A stretch of DNA of 64,000 nucleotides from Candidatus Margulisiibacteriota bacterium (GTDB lineage Bacteria > Margulisbacteria > Marinamargulisbacteria > JBFWNS01): positions 1 through 64,000 of the forward strand of contig JBFWNS010000007.1 of NCBI GenBank assembly GCA_050250935.1, in the 5' to 3' direction. The position numbers were made by a program, and so were the translations under genes. Positions within the stretch are counted from its first letter, which is position 1. Each line of letters starts with the position of its first letter. The notes under the pieces were generated by a model. It ran no database searches and was not told the origin of the DNA. It saw only the letters and a list, made by a program, of their open reading frames with translations. This document shows, piece by piece, positions 1 through 8,474 of this stretch.

Positions 1-40
1 TGTAAAGAGCCCAATCTATGTACCAGTTAAAAATAGAGAA

Positions 41-832
41 CTAAAAAGTGTTTAACAAAGCCCTTGGGGGGATCCCCCCAAGGGCTTTGTGCGGTCGAAA
101 ATGGTTGTAGTCATACATCCATTCGGAGGTTATGTCTCGGACATCGTCTAAGGTTCGAAAGATATACAGGTCTAAAATGTCCTCACGGTAAGTTCTGTTG
201 AAGCGTTCAATAAAGGCGTTTTGTGTGGGTTTGCCTGGCTTAATGTGTTCCAGTTTGACGCTGTTGGATTCAGCCCAAGATTCCAACTTAACCGACATAA
301 ACTCAGGTCCGTTGTCTACTCGAATTTCATCAGGCACACCCCGTTCTTCGGCAATTTGGTTTAAGACCCGAACCACCCGCTCTGCCGGAATCGAATAGTC
401 AATTTCAATCGCCAACACTTCTCGGTTGTGGTCATCAATGACATTAAGCGTTCTAAACTTTCGGCCCATCTCCAAACTGTCCGACATAAAATCCATGGAC
501 CAGGTCCCATTCGCTTTTTGAGGGACTTCCAACGGTTTTGGCGTTCTATTGGGCAGTCGTTTTTTTGGCTTAATCCGGTGGTTCAGCTTTAGCTGTCGGT
601 AAATTCTTCGAACCCGCTTGTGATTCCACAGATACCCTTGAAGCCTCACCCAAGCATAGATCTTGCCAAAGCCCCATCGTAACTTGCTCTCGGCTAGCCG
701 ACTCACCACTTCGATGACTTCCCTGTCGCCTTCTCGAATCGATTTATACCCAAATGTTCCTCGGTTCACCCATACCAATTCACACGCTCGCCGTATTGAA
801 TACCCTTGCGTTTTGAGAATATGGTGTACCAA
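41..832 (-). CDS. IS3 transposase OrfB (rve/DDE domain), probably expressed as an OrfAB fusion
   Basis: WSMDF, VIDDHNRE, VDNGPEF, PGKPTQNAFIERFNRT and YNHFRPH motifs typical of IS3 OrfB. Confidence 0.95.
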   Translation of the reverse strand: MVHHILKTQGYSIRRACELVWVNRGTFGYKSIREGDREVIEVVSRLAESKLRWGFGKIYAWVRLQGYLWNHKRVRRIYRQLKLNHRIKPKKRLPNRTPKPLEVPQKANGTWSMDFMSDSLEMGRKFRTLNVIDDHNREVLAIEIDYSIPAERVVRVLNQIAEERGVPDEIRVDNGPEFMSVKLESWAESNSVKLEHIKPGKPTQNAFIERFNRTYREDILDLYIFRTLDDVRDITSEWMYDYNHFRPHKALGGIPPRALLNTF

Positions 833-834
833 CT

Positions 835-866
835 CCCGTTTCGCTTCGGGCTTTAGAGCTTTTTTT
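835..866 (-). promoter_or_regulatory. -1 programmed ribosomal frameshift signal (A-AAA-AAG plus downstream hairpin)
   Basis: The minus strand reads GAA AAA AAG CTC TAA at the end of orfA, followed by a CCCG-aagcgaaa-CGGG stem. Confidence 0.85.
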
Positions 867-1119
867 CGATCAGCTCCTGCAACACTTCTTTATCCATACA
901 GACTTCGGCATACATCTTTTTAAGTCGTCGGTTTTCTTCTTCCAAACCCTTTAGCTTTTTCATCATCGGCAGGTCCATCCCGCCATATTTTGACCGCCAG
1001 CTGTAGTAGGTCGGCTGGCTGACTTTGTACTCCCGACACAACTCTGCTACTGGCATCCCGCTTTCTCCAAGTTTTAATATCTTGAAGATCTCACCTTCGC
1101 TGAATTTGCTCCGCTTCAT
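853..1119 (-). CDS. IS3 transposase OrfA (HTH)
   Basis: MKRSKFSEGEIFKIL...VAELCREYKVSQPTYYSWRSKYGG...LEEENRRLKKMYA; AAGGAG RBS upstream of the ATG at 1119. Confidence 0.93.
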   Translation of the reverse strand: MKRSKFSEGEIFKILKLGESGMPVAELCREYKVSQPTYYSWRSKYGGMDLPMMKKLKGLEEENRRLKKMYAEVCMDKEVLQELIEKKL

Positions 1120-1194
1120 TCGCCACTCCTTTTTAAACATAGGCTTTCGCCTATCTTATTTTATATTTTTCTGTGGCTCAATTTTAGGGGATGC

Positions 1195-3564
1195 TTACAC
1201 TTTGAAGAATGGGGTATACTCTTTTCGTATGCAGGGCGGCAAAGTGGCATACAGGGTTATTAGGGTTTTTCGTTCTTGGGCCATTTGATTTTGGTTCGCT
1301 GTCTGTAAGTGTGTTGCATAATAAAGTAATCTTAAACGAAGATTGATGTAGGATCCTGAAGCAGAACTGCGTTCAAAATCAGGATTTCCAGGTTGGATAT
1401 TTTTCCATACAAATTGAGTGAATTCGTTTAGCCCTTCTTTATGGCCTACATACATTAATAGCGTGGTAAAAATATCACCTAGCATGGCGTTTAGATGCCC
1501 TTTGGCAATTAAGGGGGCATTGTCCCGATACATGGCAAAAAATGGGCCCAGTTGTTGACTAAATTGATATCTTAAAATTTGCAGTAGACGATTAAGTCTT
1601 TGGGCTGGCTGGGTAGTTTGAATCGCTTTATAGTAGCGATCAATATCTTCAGCACCAATACCTTGTTCTTCAACAAGTCGGCGAGGAATGATATTCCCAA
1701 GGGTGCCGTCAGGATTTGCATATTCAAGGGTTCCTATGTGGGATGATAGCTCTTTTTGTGTACAGATCACGATGTTGTAGCCAGCTCTTAAAAGTCGATC
1801 CACGGTTTCGTTGTTGATGTGTGCGATTCCAGTATGGACAACTGAAATCATATTTCTTTGTTCGCCACGAATGGACAGTGCTCTAAATAAATTAGTATTA
1901 ACAGATTCCCTCTTTAAGGCATCATCGAGTGGCGATCTGATTTCATCTAGGGGGTCTGTATTTTCATGCTTTGCGACGGGGCTAAATCCAATCATGGGTT
2001 GTCCAGGTAGTGCTAAAAAGGAGGTCCCACCATGGTCGTCACTTTCAATTGGAAGCTGACGCATGGTATTTTCTGGTATGTCTGCCATGGCTTCGACTAC
2101 TTTGCCATCATATAGTCTTTGAGTGACGACAAGTTCTTGAATAGGAACATTATTAAAGAGTATGTGCAGCCCCTCAACTATTACTTGAAGTTTGCGGTTT
2201 CCAAAATATGCTGCTACCTGAAGGGCTTCTATTAAATACGTGTTGAGGGGGCTTGTGTTTCTGTGCATATCACCAATCAAGACGATGACGGGTCGTTCTT
2301 CTGATTGATTCAGGTTGCTTCGGCTTCGAATAAGTCTGGCATCAAAAAAGGTATCCCAACTTGTTCCAAGTTCTGGAAGGGGGTGTAGACGGTCTAATCT
2401 TTTTTCGGGGCTTAAACAGGGGATGTTGGCTTGTTCGAAAACTTTGGTTGCGGGCTGTGCGATTCCATTGGGAGGCATTCCACTCGAAAAAGCCAGAGTA
2501 TGTGGTCTGCATTCTTCAACGGTTTTGGGGTCTCGTTGGATGGGTAGGCCGGGAAAGAGTTTATCCAGACCGGGGTTATCGGCTCCCCAATAGGGGGCAA
2601 AATGTACCAATTCACGGAGGGTTCTTTTTAAATGTTTTTCATTCGGTTTTGTTAAGCCGTAGCGGTTGTCTAGGAGTCTTTCCACCAAATGATCAATGCC
2701 TCTGGGTAAAGGGCGATGGTTGGTTTTGCAGTAGTGGGTAGCGCGTTCAAGCATTCTGAGGTGTAGGGTTTGCTGTTCTGGCGATGCGTTTGTGGTGCAT
2801 TGATCGGATTTTATCAGGAGCTCGGTGAGGGCGCTTAGGCCTTCTTTGTCTTGGCATTGGTCCATGGCCGTAAATAGTTTTGTGGCAATTGTGTAGTCGA
2901 GTTTGTTGCCGATCATCAATTGGGTGTCTTTTGAAAATCCTGGTTTTTTGTGGGCAGTGCTTAAAAGATAGGGCGCTAGTAGTGCTGAAAAAGTGTTTCT
3001 TTGGGGATGGGTTTCTCGGTAGGTTTTTAAATAGGCCCTCATGCGATCGACGAAGGGGGGATCGTTTTGCAGGCGATGTAATAGGGTTTCTGCATTTTTA
3101 TGGGTTCGGTTTGAGTTAATGGGTGGCGTTATGTGGGTTATGGGGGGGCGGGTATGGTTGAGGCTAGCGGCAAAAGATACGAGATTGGCCGCCAAATAAT
3201 GGCTAGAAACAAAGGTGGGTACTGCGCTGGGTCCCATTGCTGTGGGCAGAGGCGGGTAGGCGGTAATGGTGTTGGGGGTGTTTCCAGTGTCAATATCGGT
3301 GGATGAACTTGCTTGTTGGGGGGCTTTTTGGGCACAAGCGGCCGTTACGCCAAAGGACAGGGATAACCCTGTTAGCAGGGCAAGTGCCAGTCCGGGATGG
3401 TCTTTTGCAACAGCACTAACGGCAAGGGCTGTCAGTGCTAGATTACGTTCCTGCCGTTTGGAGGTGCCCCATAAACAGTCCTGGCCTTCCCGTTGTTCAG
3501 CGGCGAGCCGGGCACCTGCTACGCGTCTATGTGTGGCTAAATCTGTGGTTTGAAAATGTGGCAA
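1195..3564 (-). CDS. Large hypothetical, effector-like protein with a putative Tiki/EreA/RRSP-like domain; 3' end runs into the IS
   Basis: 789-aa ORF with a low-complexity N-terminus and a hydrophobic stretch. Motifs IVLIGDMH, VIVEGL, KRESVN and VVHTGIAH occur in the order expected for that fold. The stop codon lies inside the IS end. Confidence 0.6.
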   Translation of the reverse strand: MPHFQTTDLATHRRVAGARLAAEQREGQDCLWGTSKRQERNLALTALAVSAVAKDHPGLALALLTGLSLSFGVTAACAQKAPQQASSSTDIDTGNTPNTITAYPPLPTAMGPSAVPTFVSSHYLAANLVSFAASLNHTRPPITHITPPINSNRTHKNAETLLHRLQNDPPFVDRMRAYLKTYRETHPQRNTFSALLAPYLLSTAHKKPGFSKDTQLMIGNKLDYTIATKLFTAMDQCQDKEGLSALTELLIKSDQCTTNASPEQQTLHLRMLERATHYCKTNHRPLPRGIDHLVERLLDNRYGLTKPNEKHLKRTLRELVHFAPYWGADNPGLDKLFPGLPIQRDPKTVEECRPHTLAFSSGMPPNGIAQPATKVFEQANIPCLSPEKRLDRLHPLPELGTSWDTFFDARLIRSRSNLNQSEERPVIVLIGDMHRNTSPLNTYLIEALQVAAYFGNRKLQVIVEGLHILFNNVPIQELVVTQRLYDGKVVEAMADIPENTMRQLPIESDDHGGTSFLALPGQPMIGFSPVAKHENTDPLDEIRSPLDDALKRESVNTNLFRALSIRGEQRNMISVVHTGIAHINNETVDRLLRAGYNIVICTQKELSSHIGTLEYANPDGTLGNIIPRRLVEEQGIGAEDIDRYYKAIQTTQPAQRLNRLLQILRYQFSQQLGPFFAMYRDNAPLIAKGHLNAMLGDIFTTLLMYVGHKEGLNEFTQFVWKNIQPGNPDFERSSASGSYINLRLRLLYYATHLQTANQNQMAQERKTLITLYATLPPCIRKEYTPFFKV

Positions 3565-3596
3565 TTATTACCCCTTACCTACAAGCACTACTGAAA

Positions 3597-3624
3597 TTAT
3601 CGGTGTGGGTTTTGATTAATTTCA
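3597..3624 (-). promoter_or_regulatory. sigma28/FliA-like promoter for the 789-aa gene
   Basis: Minus strand TGAAA-N15-ACCGATAA(T), 32 nt upstream of the start codon. Confidence 0.65.
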
Positions 3625-3670
3625 GAAAAGGGGTTCGTTGAGGCTATCTGTGGGGATGTCGTTGTCTTTA

Positions 3671-3698
3671 TGAAATTTGCACCAGAGTTATTCGATAA
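3671..3698 (+). promoter_or_regulatory. sigma28/FliA-like promoter for the FAD oxidoreductase gene
   Basis: TGAAA-N15-TTCGATAA(T), 40 nt upstream of ATG 3739, with an AGGAGG RBS in between. Confidence 0.62.
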
Positions 3699-3738
3699 TT
3701 TTGGGGTGCCCATGGCGTAAAGGCAGGAGGGATGAAAA

Positions 3739-4980
3739 ATGGTGGTCTCACATAAAATTGTTGCTGTAAGAACCATTGTGGTCGGAGCTGGTCTTGTTGG
3801 GCTTTCAGCGGCGCATGCTACTCGAGGAAATGTGGTTGTGTTGGATGCCTCAGGTCCAGATGCCACAGAGATTAGGGCATCGGTTGGAGATACCCGTCTG
3901 GTTCGTCCTCAAGAGCAACCCTATTTAGAGGCTTTAAGGCTACAATCCATCCAAAAAATGCAACGCGTAGGGGACTTTATTGAATGGGCGCCCGTGGTGA
4001 TTATTGGGAAAACGCGATCTGCTATTTTTAAAGAAGAGGCGTCGTATACGGCTAGTGGCTTACCAGAATTGAGTAGCCAGACCCTTTCTACGCGAAGTCC
4101 CTATTTAAAGTTACCTTTGGGTTATCGGGCATTTTGTGATCCCAACGGAGGGATACTCTGTCTTTCAAATTTAATGAGTACGCTTAGAGAGCGAATCCAG
4201 AAATTGCCCAATTCGTCGATTCAATTTAATCAGAAAGTCGTTCGTTACGAACGCGATCGAGAGGGTCAATTTGTCGTCACTACCGACCGCGGAAATCAAT
4301 TTCGATCGGACCGTCTGATTTTTTGCAAAGGGCCATGGGCCATTGAAGACGGGAAAAAAATAATGGGGTCTAGCCTCGGTCGCCACTACCCATTTTTTGT
4401 ACAGCGATTAGATCTTTTTTATTTCAACCCGACGGACACTTCTTCGGGTAGGCCGGTTTCGCTACCCCCCATGCTAATGCGGTTTGAGATGACCCAAGAA
4501 GAGTTAACGATGATTGCAAAAGGGAGATCGATTCCCCCCGATATAGAGTCGGTGTCCCATAAAAATGGCAAAATTTCAGTCGCCATGTATTCGATGATGG
4601 AGGGCGGTTTATACAAAGTGGGCTATCGTATCACTGGGGCCAGAACCTCTGTAGATCCCGATCGTGTGGACCAAAACGTTCATCCCCTCAGGCGTACGAT
4701 CGTCGAATCGTTGCTCTTTCGAGTCTTTAACAATGTATCTCTGGGCTATGTTAAAACCACATGTGGAATAGTCACCGTTCGAGATGGTCGATTTCCCAAC
4801 GATCCTGATGTGCCTGAAGTTGCAATGCACCGTGACCGTGAGGGCGCCATCCATTTTCTATCGTGTGGCGGAATTTCTGCAAAATTATCAATGGCACTTG
4901 GCGAGGTTTTGGCCTCATGTAGTCGTGGCGCTGAAATTCCAAAGGCCTTGAATCTTACCTTTTTGCCGTCGAAACTTTAG
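3739..4980 (+). CDS. FAD-dependent oxidoreductase, sarcosine/pipecolate oxidase-like (DAO family), with C-terminal SKL
   Basis: GAGLVG dinucleotide-binding motif. SVGDTRLVR resembles the monomeric sarcosine oxidase motif; also FCKGPW and GGISAKLSMALGE. Ends PSKL-stop. Confidence 0.75.
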   Translation: MVVSHKIVAVRTIVVGAGLVGLSAAHATRGNVVVLDASGPDATEIRASVGDTRLVRPQEQPYLEALRLQSIQKMQRVGDFIEWAPVVIIGKTRSAIFKEEASYTASGLPELSSQTLSTRSPYLKLPLGYRAFCDPNGGILCLSNLMSTLRERIQKLPNSSIQFNQKVVRYERDREGQFVVTTDRGNQFRSDRLIFCKGPWAIEDGKKIMGSSLGRHYPFFVQRLDLFYFNPTDTSSGRPVSLPPMLMRFEMTQEELTMIAKGRSIPPDIESVSHKNGKISVAMYSMMEGGLYKVGYRITGARTSVDPDRVDQNVHPLRRTIVESLLFRVFNNVSLGYVKTTCGIVTVRDGRFPNDPDVPEVAMHRDREGAIHFLSCGGISAKLSMALGEVLASCSRGAEIPKALNLTFLPSKL

Positions 4981-5073
4981 TGGCTTTTGGTTTTTCATCG
5001 CCAAGCAGGGGGCGGTTTTATCTTGTTGAGGCTATTGTGACACTTAGGGTGCCCCGGCTAACGGTGTTTAAAT

Positions 5074-5180
5074 TGACCTCCCCCCAAAAAACTGGACAGT
5101 TAAGAGTTGGCGTCGTCAAGCTAAGTTTAGGAGGATGAGAAATGAGCAAAAAATAGGATAAAGAGTATACAGAAGAAGTG
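5074..5180 (+). mobile_element. Remnant left end of a second IS3/IS150-like element
   Basis: TGACCTCCCCCCAAAAAACTGGACAG resembles an IS3/IS150 left inverted repeat. It is followed by an AGGAGG RBS and ATG AGC AAA AAA TAG...YTEE, a decayed orfA start. Confidence 0.6.
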
Positions 5181-5213
5181 GAGGATATTTTGAGCAAGTT
5201 TTGTTGTTGCTTG

Positions 5214-5888
5214 TCACTGGGAATTATGTAGGTAATTCTCAATTTCAGTTATGATAGACTTTATTTTTTCAAAACAATCTTTCAGAAAGGGCAGGGCGTC
5301 TAAGTTATTTGGTATATCTGGTATGGAAGAGTTGTCAAAATAGAAGTATACCCAAGTGATTTTTTCAGTTTTGACTATATTGTTTGGAATAGGGAGTTGA
5401 GTCTCTGGGTCAATGGGAACCCCCATCACAGATATCCCGTTACCAAAGTAAACGCCAGAGCTCCAGCTAACAGAACCTCCGTTAGAGCCTAAAACTGTTG
5501 TTCTCGTTTCTTCGACTCTTTTTTGAGGGACAAGAGTCACATGCTTGTTTTCATTAGTTAATGCACTAAAATTTTTGATCCAACCAATTCCTTTAAAAGG
5601 CTGATATTTTAGAAAAATATTTGATAGCCCTGATTCTACTTCACTCATATACTTATTAAAGTCATTTTGAGAATTACGGATTGGGAAATTTTTATTGATT
5701 ATCTTCTTAGAAAGGTAGTCTAGGGCTGTGCGAAGGTTTGTTAATAAATCTTTAATTTCAACTAACAGTTCGTCTTTTATGTTTTGATCATGTAGGCATT
5801 GTAAGTAACCTTTTTCTAATTGACTAAGTAAGTTATTCGATTTAGTCAGAACTGCATTTATATCTGAATATTTGCTATACCTAGTCAC
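5214..5888 (-). CDS. Hypothetical protein, possible HEPN-like RNase (AT-rich, foreign)
   Basis: 224 aa, strongly AT-rich. NLRTALDYL...FPI...W...LTNENKH resembles stand-alone HEPN-like families. Confidence 0.5.
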   Translation of the reverse strand: MTRYSKYSDINAVLTKSNNLLSQLEKGYLQCLHDQNIKDELLVEIKDLLTNLRTALDYLSKKIINKNFPIRNSQNDFNKYMSEVESGLSNIFLKYQPFKGIGWIKNFSALTNENKHVTLVPQKRVEETRTTVLGSNGGSVSWSSGVYFGNGISVMGVPIDPETQLPIPNNIVKTEKITWVYFYFDNSSIPDIPNNLDALPFLKDCFEKIKSIITEIENYLHNSQ

Positions 5889-5967
5889 ATAATAGTCCTT
5901 CTAACTCGATTAGAATAATTGATAATGATTGAGCCTAAAATAGATAAAAAAAGACTTTTTTAAAGAT

Positions 5968-6042
5968 TGGCTGGGGAGGTAGGATTCGAACCCACGAATG
6001 CCGGGACCAAAACCCGGTGCCTTGCCACTTGGCGACTCCCCA
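5968..6042 (-). tRNA. tRNA-Gln (TTG)
   Basis: Acceptor stem TGGGGAG/CTCCCCA-GCCA; anticodon arm CCGGG-TT-TTG-GT-CCCGG; GGTTCGAATCC T-loop. Confidence 0.97.
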
Positions 6043-6098
6043 ATATTTGAGTGGTGGATAGTGTAACAAACCGCACTCAATTAATCAAACTAGGAACC

Positions 6099-6989
6099 TT
6101 AGCTGCAAACCCCCATACACGCGAAGGCATTCCGGGTGGCTTCGTTGACCCTGAAGGCCACTTTTTTGTGCCCAACCCCCATCAGGGCTACCAGGGTGTG
6201 GGTGTTGCCGGCGTTTTGGTTGTCAAAAAAGGCTTGGATGATTCGTTTGGTCATGCTGTCTTCTCGCTCTTGGTCTTGGGCGTTGACCAAGGCGATCTGG
6301 GCGGTTTCGTCATAGGGGTTTTCGAAGAGACGCTGGATGGCTTGGGGGAGCTTTGGAGACGCCGTTTGTAGGGCTTGGTGGACCTTGGCGTCTGCCAAAA
6401 CGGCTTTCATCCACTGTTGTTGAACTTCATTCCAACGGGGTTCTGAAACCAGGCGAAGCAAGGGGCTTGAATGCTCGGGATCTTTTAATAAAGATAAATT
6501 TTTTAGTCGATTAAGGTCTCGAAAAACGGGGGCAAAAGGGGTTTCGGTTCCAACCGTTTCGGCAATACGCTGAAGGAGAGGGTTTCTGGCGCTGCTGATG
6601 AGAAGGGTTACTCGACGTGTTTCTGTGCCTGGCACAATTTGGCTGCTGAAATGATCGAAAAACAGTTGAAGGACAGCTGCAGACGTTGTGTTGGGCTCAA
6701 GTCCAAACACTCGGCCATTGGAGGGGCCTCCCAGTGTGGCTTGGGCAAAGTCGTCTTCGGCTCCGGCGGGAACCCCTTCCATGAGCAGTTGGAGCGGTTT
6801 TTGGGAGCCACTGAATTTTAACAGCAGGTGAAGCAGGAACTGTTCGTCAAAAACCTTGCCGGTATGTTGGCTTAAAACAATCGTGTGTGGCTGTTGGGCG
6901 GATGTTCCATGTTGTCGAGCAAGGACTGTTATTGCTTGGTATGTTTTTAAGGCGATGGGGACAGCGGTGCGTTCGACACGGGCAAGCAT
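6099..6989 (-). CDS. Hypothetical, effector-like protein with putative Tiki/EreA/ChaN-like motifs
   Basis: IVLSQH, LLMEGV, EREDSM and LVALMGVGH motifs; AAAGGA RBS before the ATG at 6989. Confidence 0.55.
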   Translation of the reverse strand: MLARVERTAVPIALKTYQAITVLARQHGTSAQQPHTIVLSQHTGKVFDEQFLLHLLLKFSGSQKPLQLLMEGVPAGAEDDFAQATLGGPSNGRVFGLEPNTTSAAVLQLFFDHFSSQIVPGTETRRVTLLISSARNPLLQRIAETVGTETPFAPVFRDLNRLKNLSLLKDPEHSSPLLRLVSEPRWNEVQQQWMKAVLADAKVHQALQTASPKLPQAIQRLFENPYDETAQIALVNAQDQEREDSMTKRIIQAFFDNQNAGNTHTLVALMGVGHKKVAFRVNEATRNAFACMGVCS

Positions 6990-7037
6990 AAACAAATCCT
7001 TTAGACGGTATTAGATGGGGCTAGATTACACTGGAGA

Positions 7038-7065
7038 TTATCGAGGCAAAACAAAAAAAATTTCA
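7038..7065 (-). promoter_or_regulatory. sigma28/FliA-like promoter for the 6099-6989 gene
   Basis: Minus strand TGAAA-N15-CTCGATAA(T) in the short intergenic gap. Confidence 0.62.
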
Positions 7066-7074
7066 GGTCAGGGC

Positions 7075-8388
7075 TTACAAAACCTGTTTCCCCTGCACAA
7101 ACACCGCCTCGTGGCAGCGGTCGTCGCCCATTAAGAGGTATTTTTCGAAGAGGGTTTTCCAGGTGTCGCCGGCGAAAACATCAAAAGGGGCGTTGGGTTT
7201 CCAGGGATTGATCACGATGGCGTCGAAGGCTTTTCGTAGGCGGAAATTGCCCAAATAGTGGTCCATTCCCAAGGCCTTAGCGCCGCCTAGGGTGGCCAGA
7301 TAAAACGCCTCGGAAAGGGTTAGGGGATTCTCTGGAGAGGTCAATTGCGAGGTGGCCAGGGCGTTTCGAAGGGCATCGAGCATCGAGGGCGAATAGCCGC
7401 CAGCCACATCGGTGCCCAGCGCCACGGTAATGCCGGCATCGAGGACACGCCGAACGTTTAAGGACCCACTGCGCAGCGAGGCATTCGAGTTGGGGCAATG
7501 CACGATGCTGGACCCGGCTTCGGCAATCAGGTGTAATTCGTCATCCCCTAAATAAATGCCATGGGCCAACAGGGTTTTGGGGGTTAATAACCCCGCTTGG
7601 GCATAGATGTCGGTATAGTGCTTGGCTTGGGGGAAAATGGTTTTCATCCAGGCCACTTCGTCTTGGTTTTCGGCCAAGTGTGTTTGAATGGGCAGGCTGT
7701 GGGTTTTGGCCAAAAGGCCCAGTTTGGCCATCAGGTCGGGGGTGCAGGCTCCGGCAAAACGGGGGCTTAAAATGGGAAAGGCCAGGGGATAATGCGTCAT
7801 GTCTTGAAGGACTTCTTCGGTTTCGGCCAAGCTGGTTTCTGTGGTTTCTTGGAGGGCCTGTGGGGATCTGCAATCCATGTTGATTTTGCCAATGTAGGCC
7901 CGTTGGCCGGCATCTTGGACAATCTCGCATAGGGCCAAGGTGGCTTTTTTATGGCGGGTGGGGCAATAGACTGCGGTGGTCGTGCCACAACTCAAAAAGC
8001 GGGCTACGGCTTTTTTGTAGACGGTTTTGGCGTGGTTTACATCCCTAAAATGGGCTTCTTCGGGATAGGTTTTGGTGCTTAACCAATCCAAAAGGGGGAC
8101 GCCATGATGGGTGCCGCAAAACCCATATTGAGAGGGATGGGTATGGGCGTCGATAAAGCCTGGCAGGGTTAAACAGGCCGAGTGATCGATAATGGCGTCA
8201 CTGGAAATGCCAAACGTTGCTTCGATTTGTTTGAAGGGGATTTTGTCTTGATACACCGCAACCGCGGCAATGGTGCCGGCAGCGGTTAGCGCGATCACCC
8301 CATTGGGCAGCCACTGCAGTTGGTTGGGACCCAAGGCATGGACAAAATTGCCAACAATCACCCGTTCAACCGAATGTGAAATAGCCAT
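7075..8388 (-). CDS. guaD: Guanine deaminase
   Basis: PGFIDAHTHPSQY, GKINMD, PRFA, QTHLAEN, HCPNSN, GTDVAGGYS and ATLGGAKAL motifs. Confidence 0.93.
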   Translation of the reverse strand: MAISHSVERVIVGNFVHALGPNQLQWLPNGVIALTAAGTIAAVAVYQDKIPFKQIEATFGISSDAIIDHSACLTLPGFIDAHTHPSQYGFCGTHHGVPLLDWLSTKTYPEEAHFRDVNHAKTVYKKAVARFLSCGTTTAVYCPTRHKKATLALCEIVQDAGQRAYIGKINMDCRSPQALQETTETSLAETEEVLQDMTHYPLAFPILSPRFAGACTPDLMAKLGLLAKTHSLPIQTHLAENQDEVAWMKTIFPQAKHYTDIYAQAGLLTPKTLLAHGIYLGDDELHLIAEAGSSIVHCPNSNASLRSGSLNVRRVLDAGITVALGTDVAGGYSPSMLDALRNALATSQLTSPENPLTLSEAFYLATLGGAKALGMDHYLGNFRLRKAFDAIVINPWKPNAPFDVFAGDTWKTLFEKYLLMGDDRCHEAVFVQGKQVL

Positions 8389-8474
8389 AGTCCACCAGTG
8401 TAGCGCGTTTTACTCTGTTTAAAATAGTTAAACTCTGGGTAGACTATAACTATTCCCACCCAAGGAGATGCTGA

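Larger units (their letters stand above)
1..1199 (-). mobile_element. IS3-family insertion sequence, apparently complete (orfA/orfB with -1 frameshift)
   Basis: TG...CA ends. The imperfect terminal inverted repeats are TGTAAAGAGCCCAATC...AAAAATA at 1 and the reverse complement TGTAAGCATCCCCTAAAA...AAAAATA ending at 1199. Encloses an HTH orfA and a DDE orfB. Confidence 0.93.
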
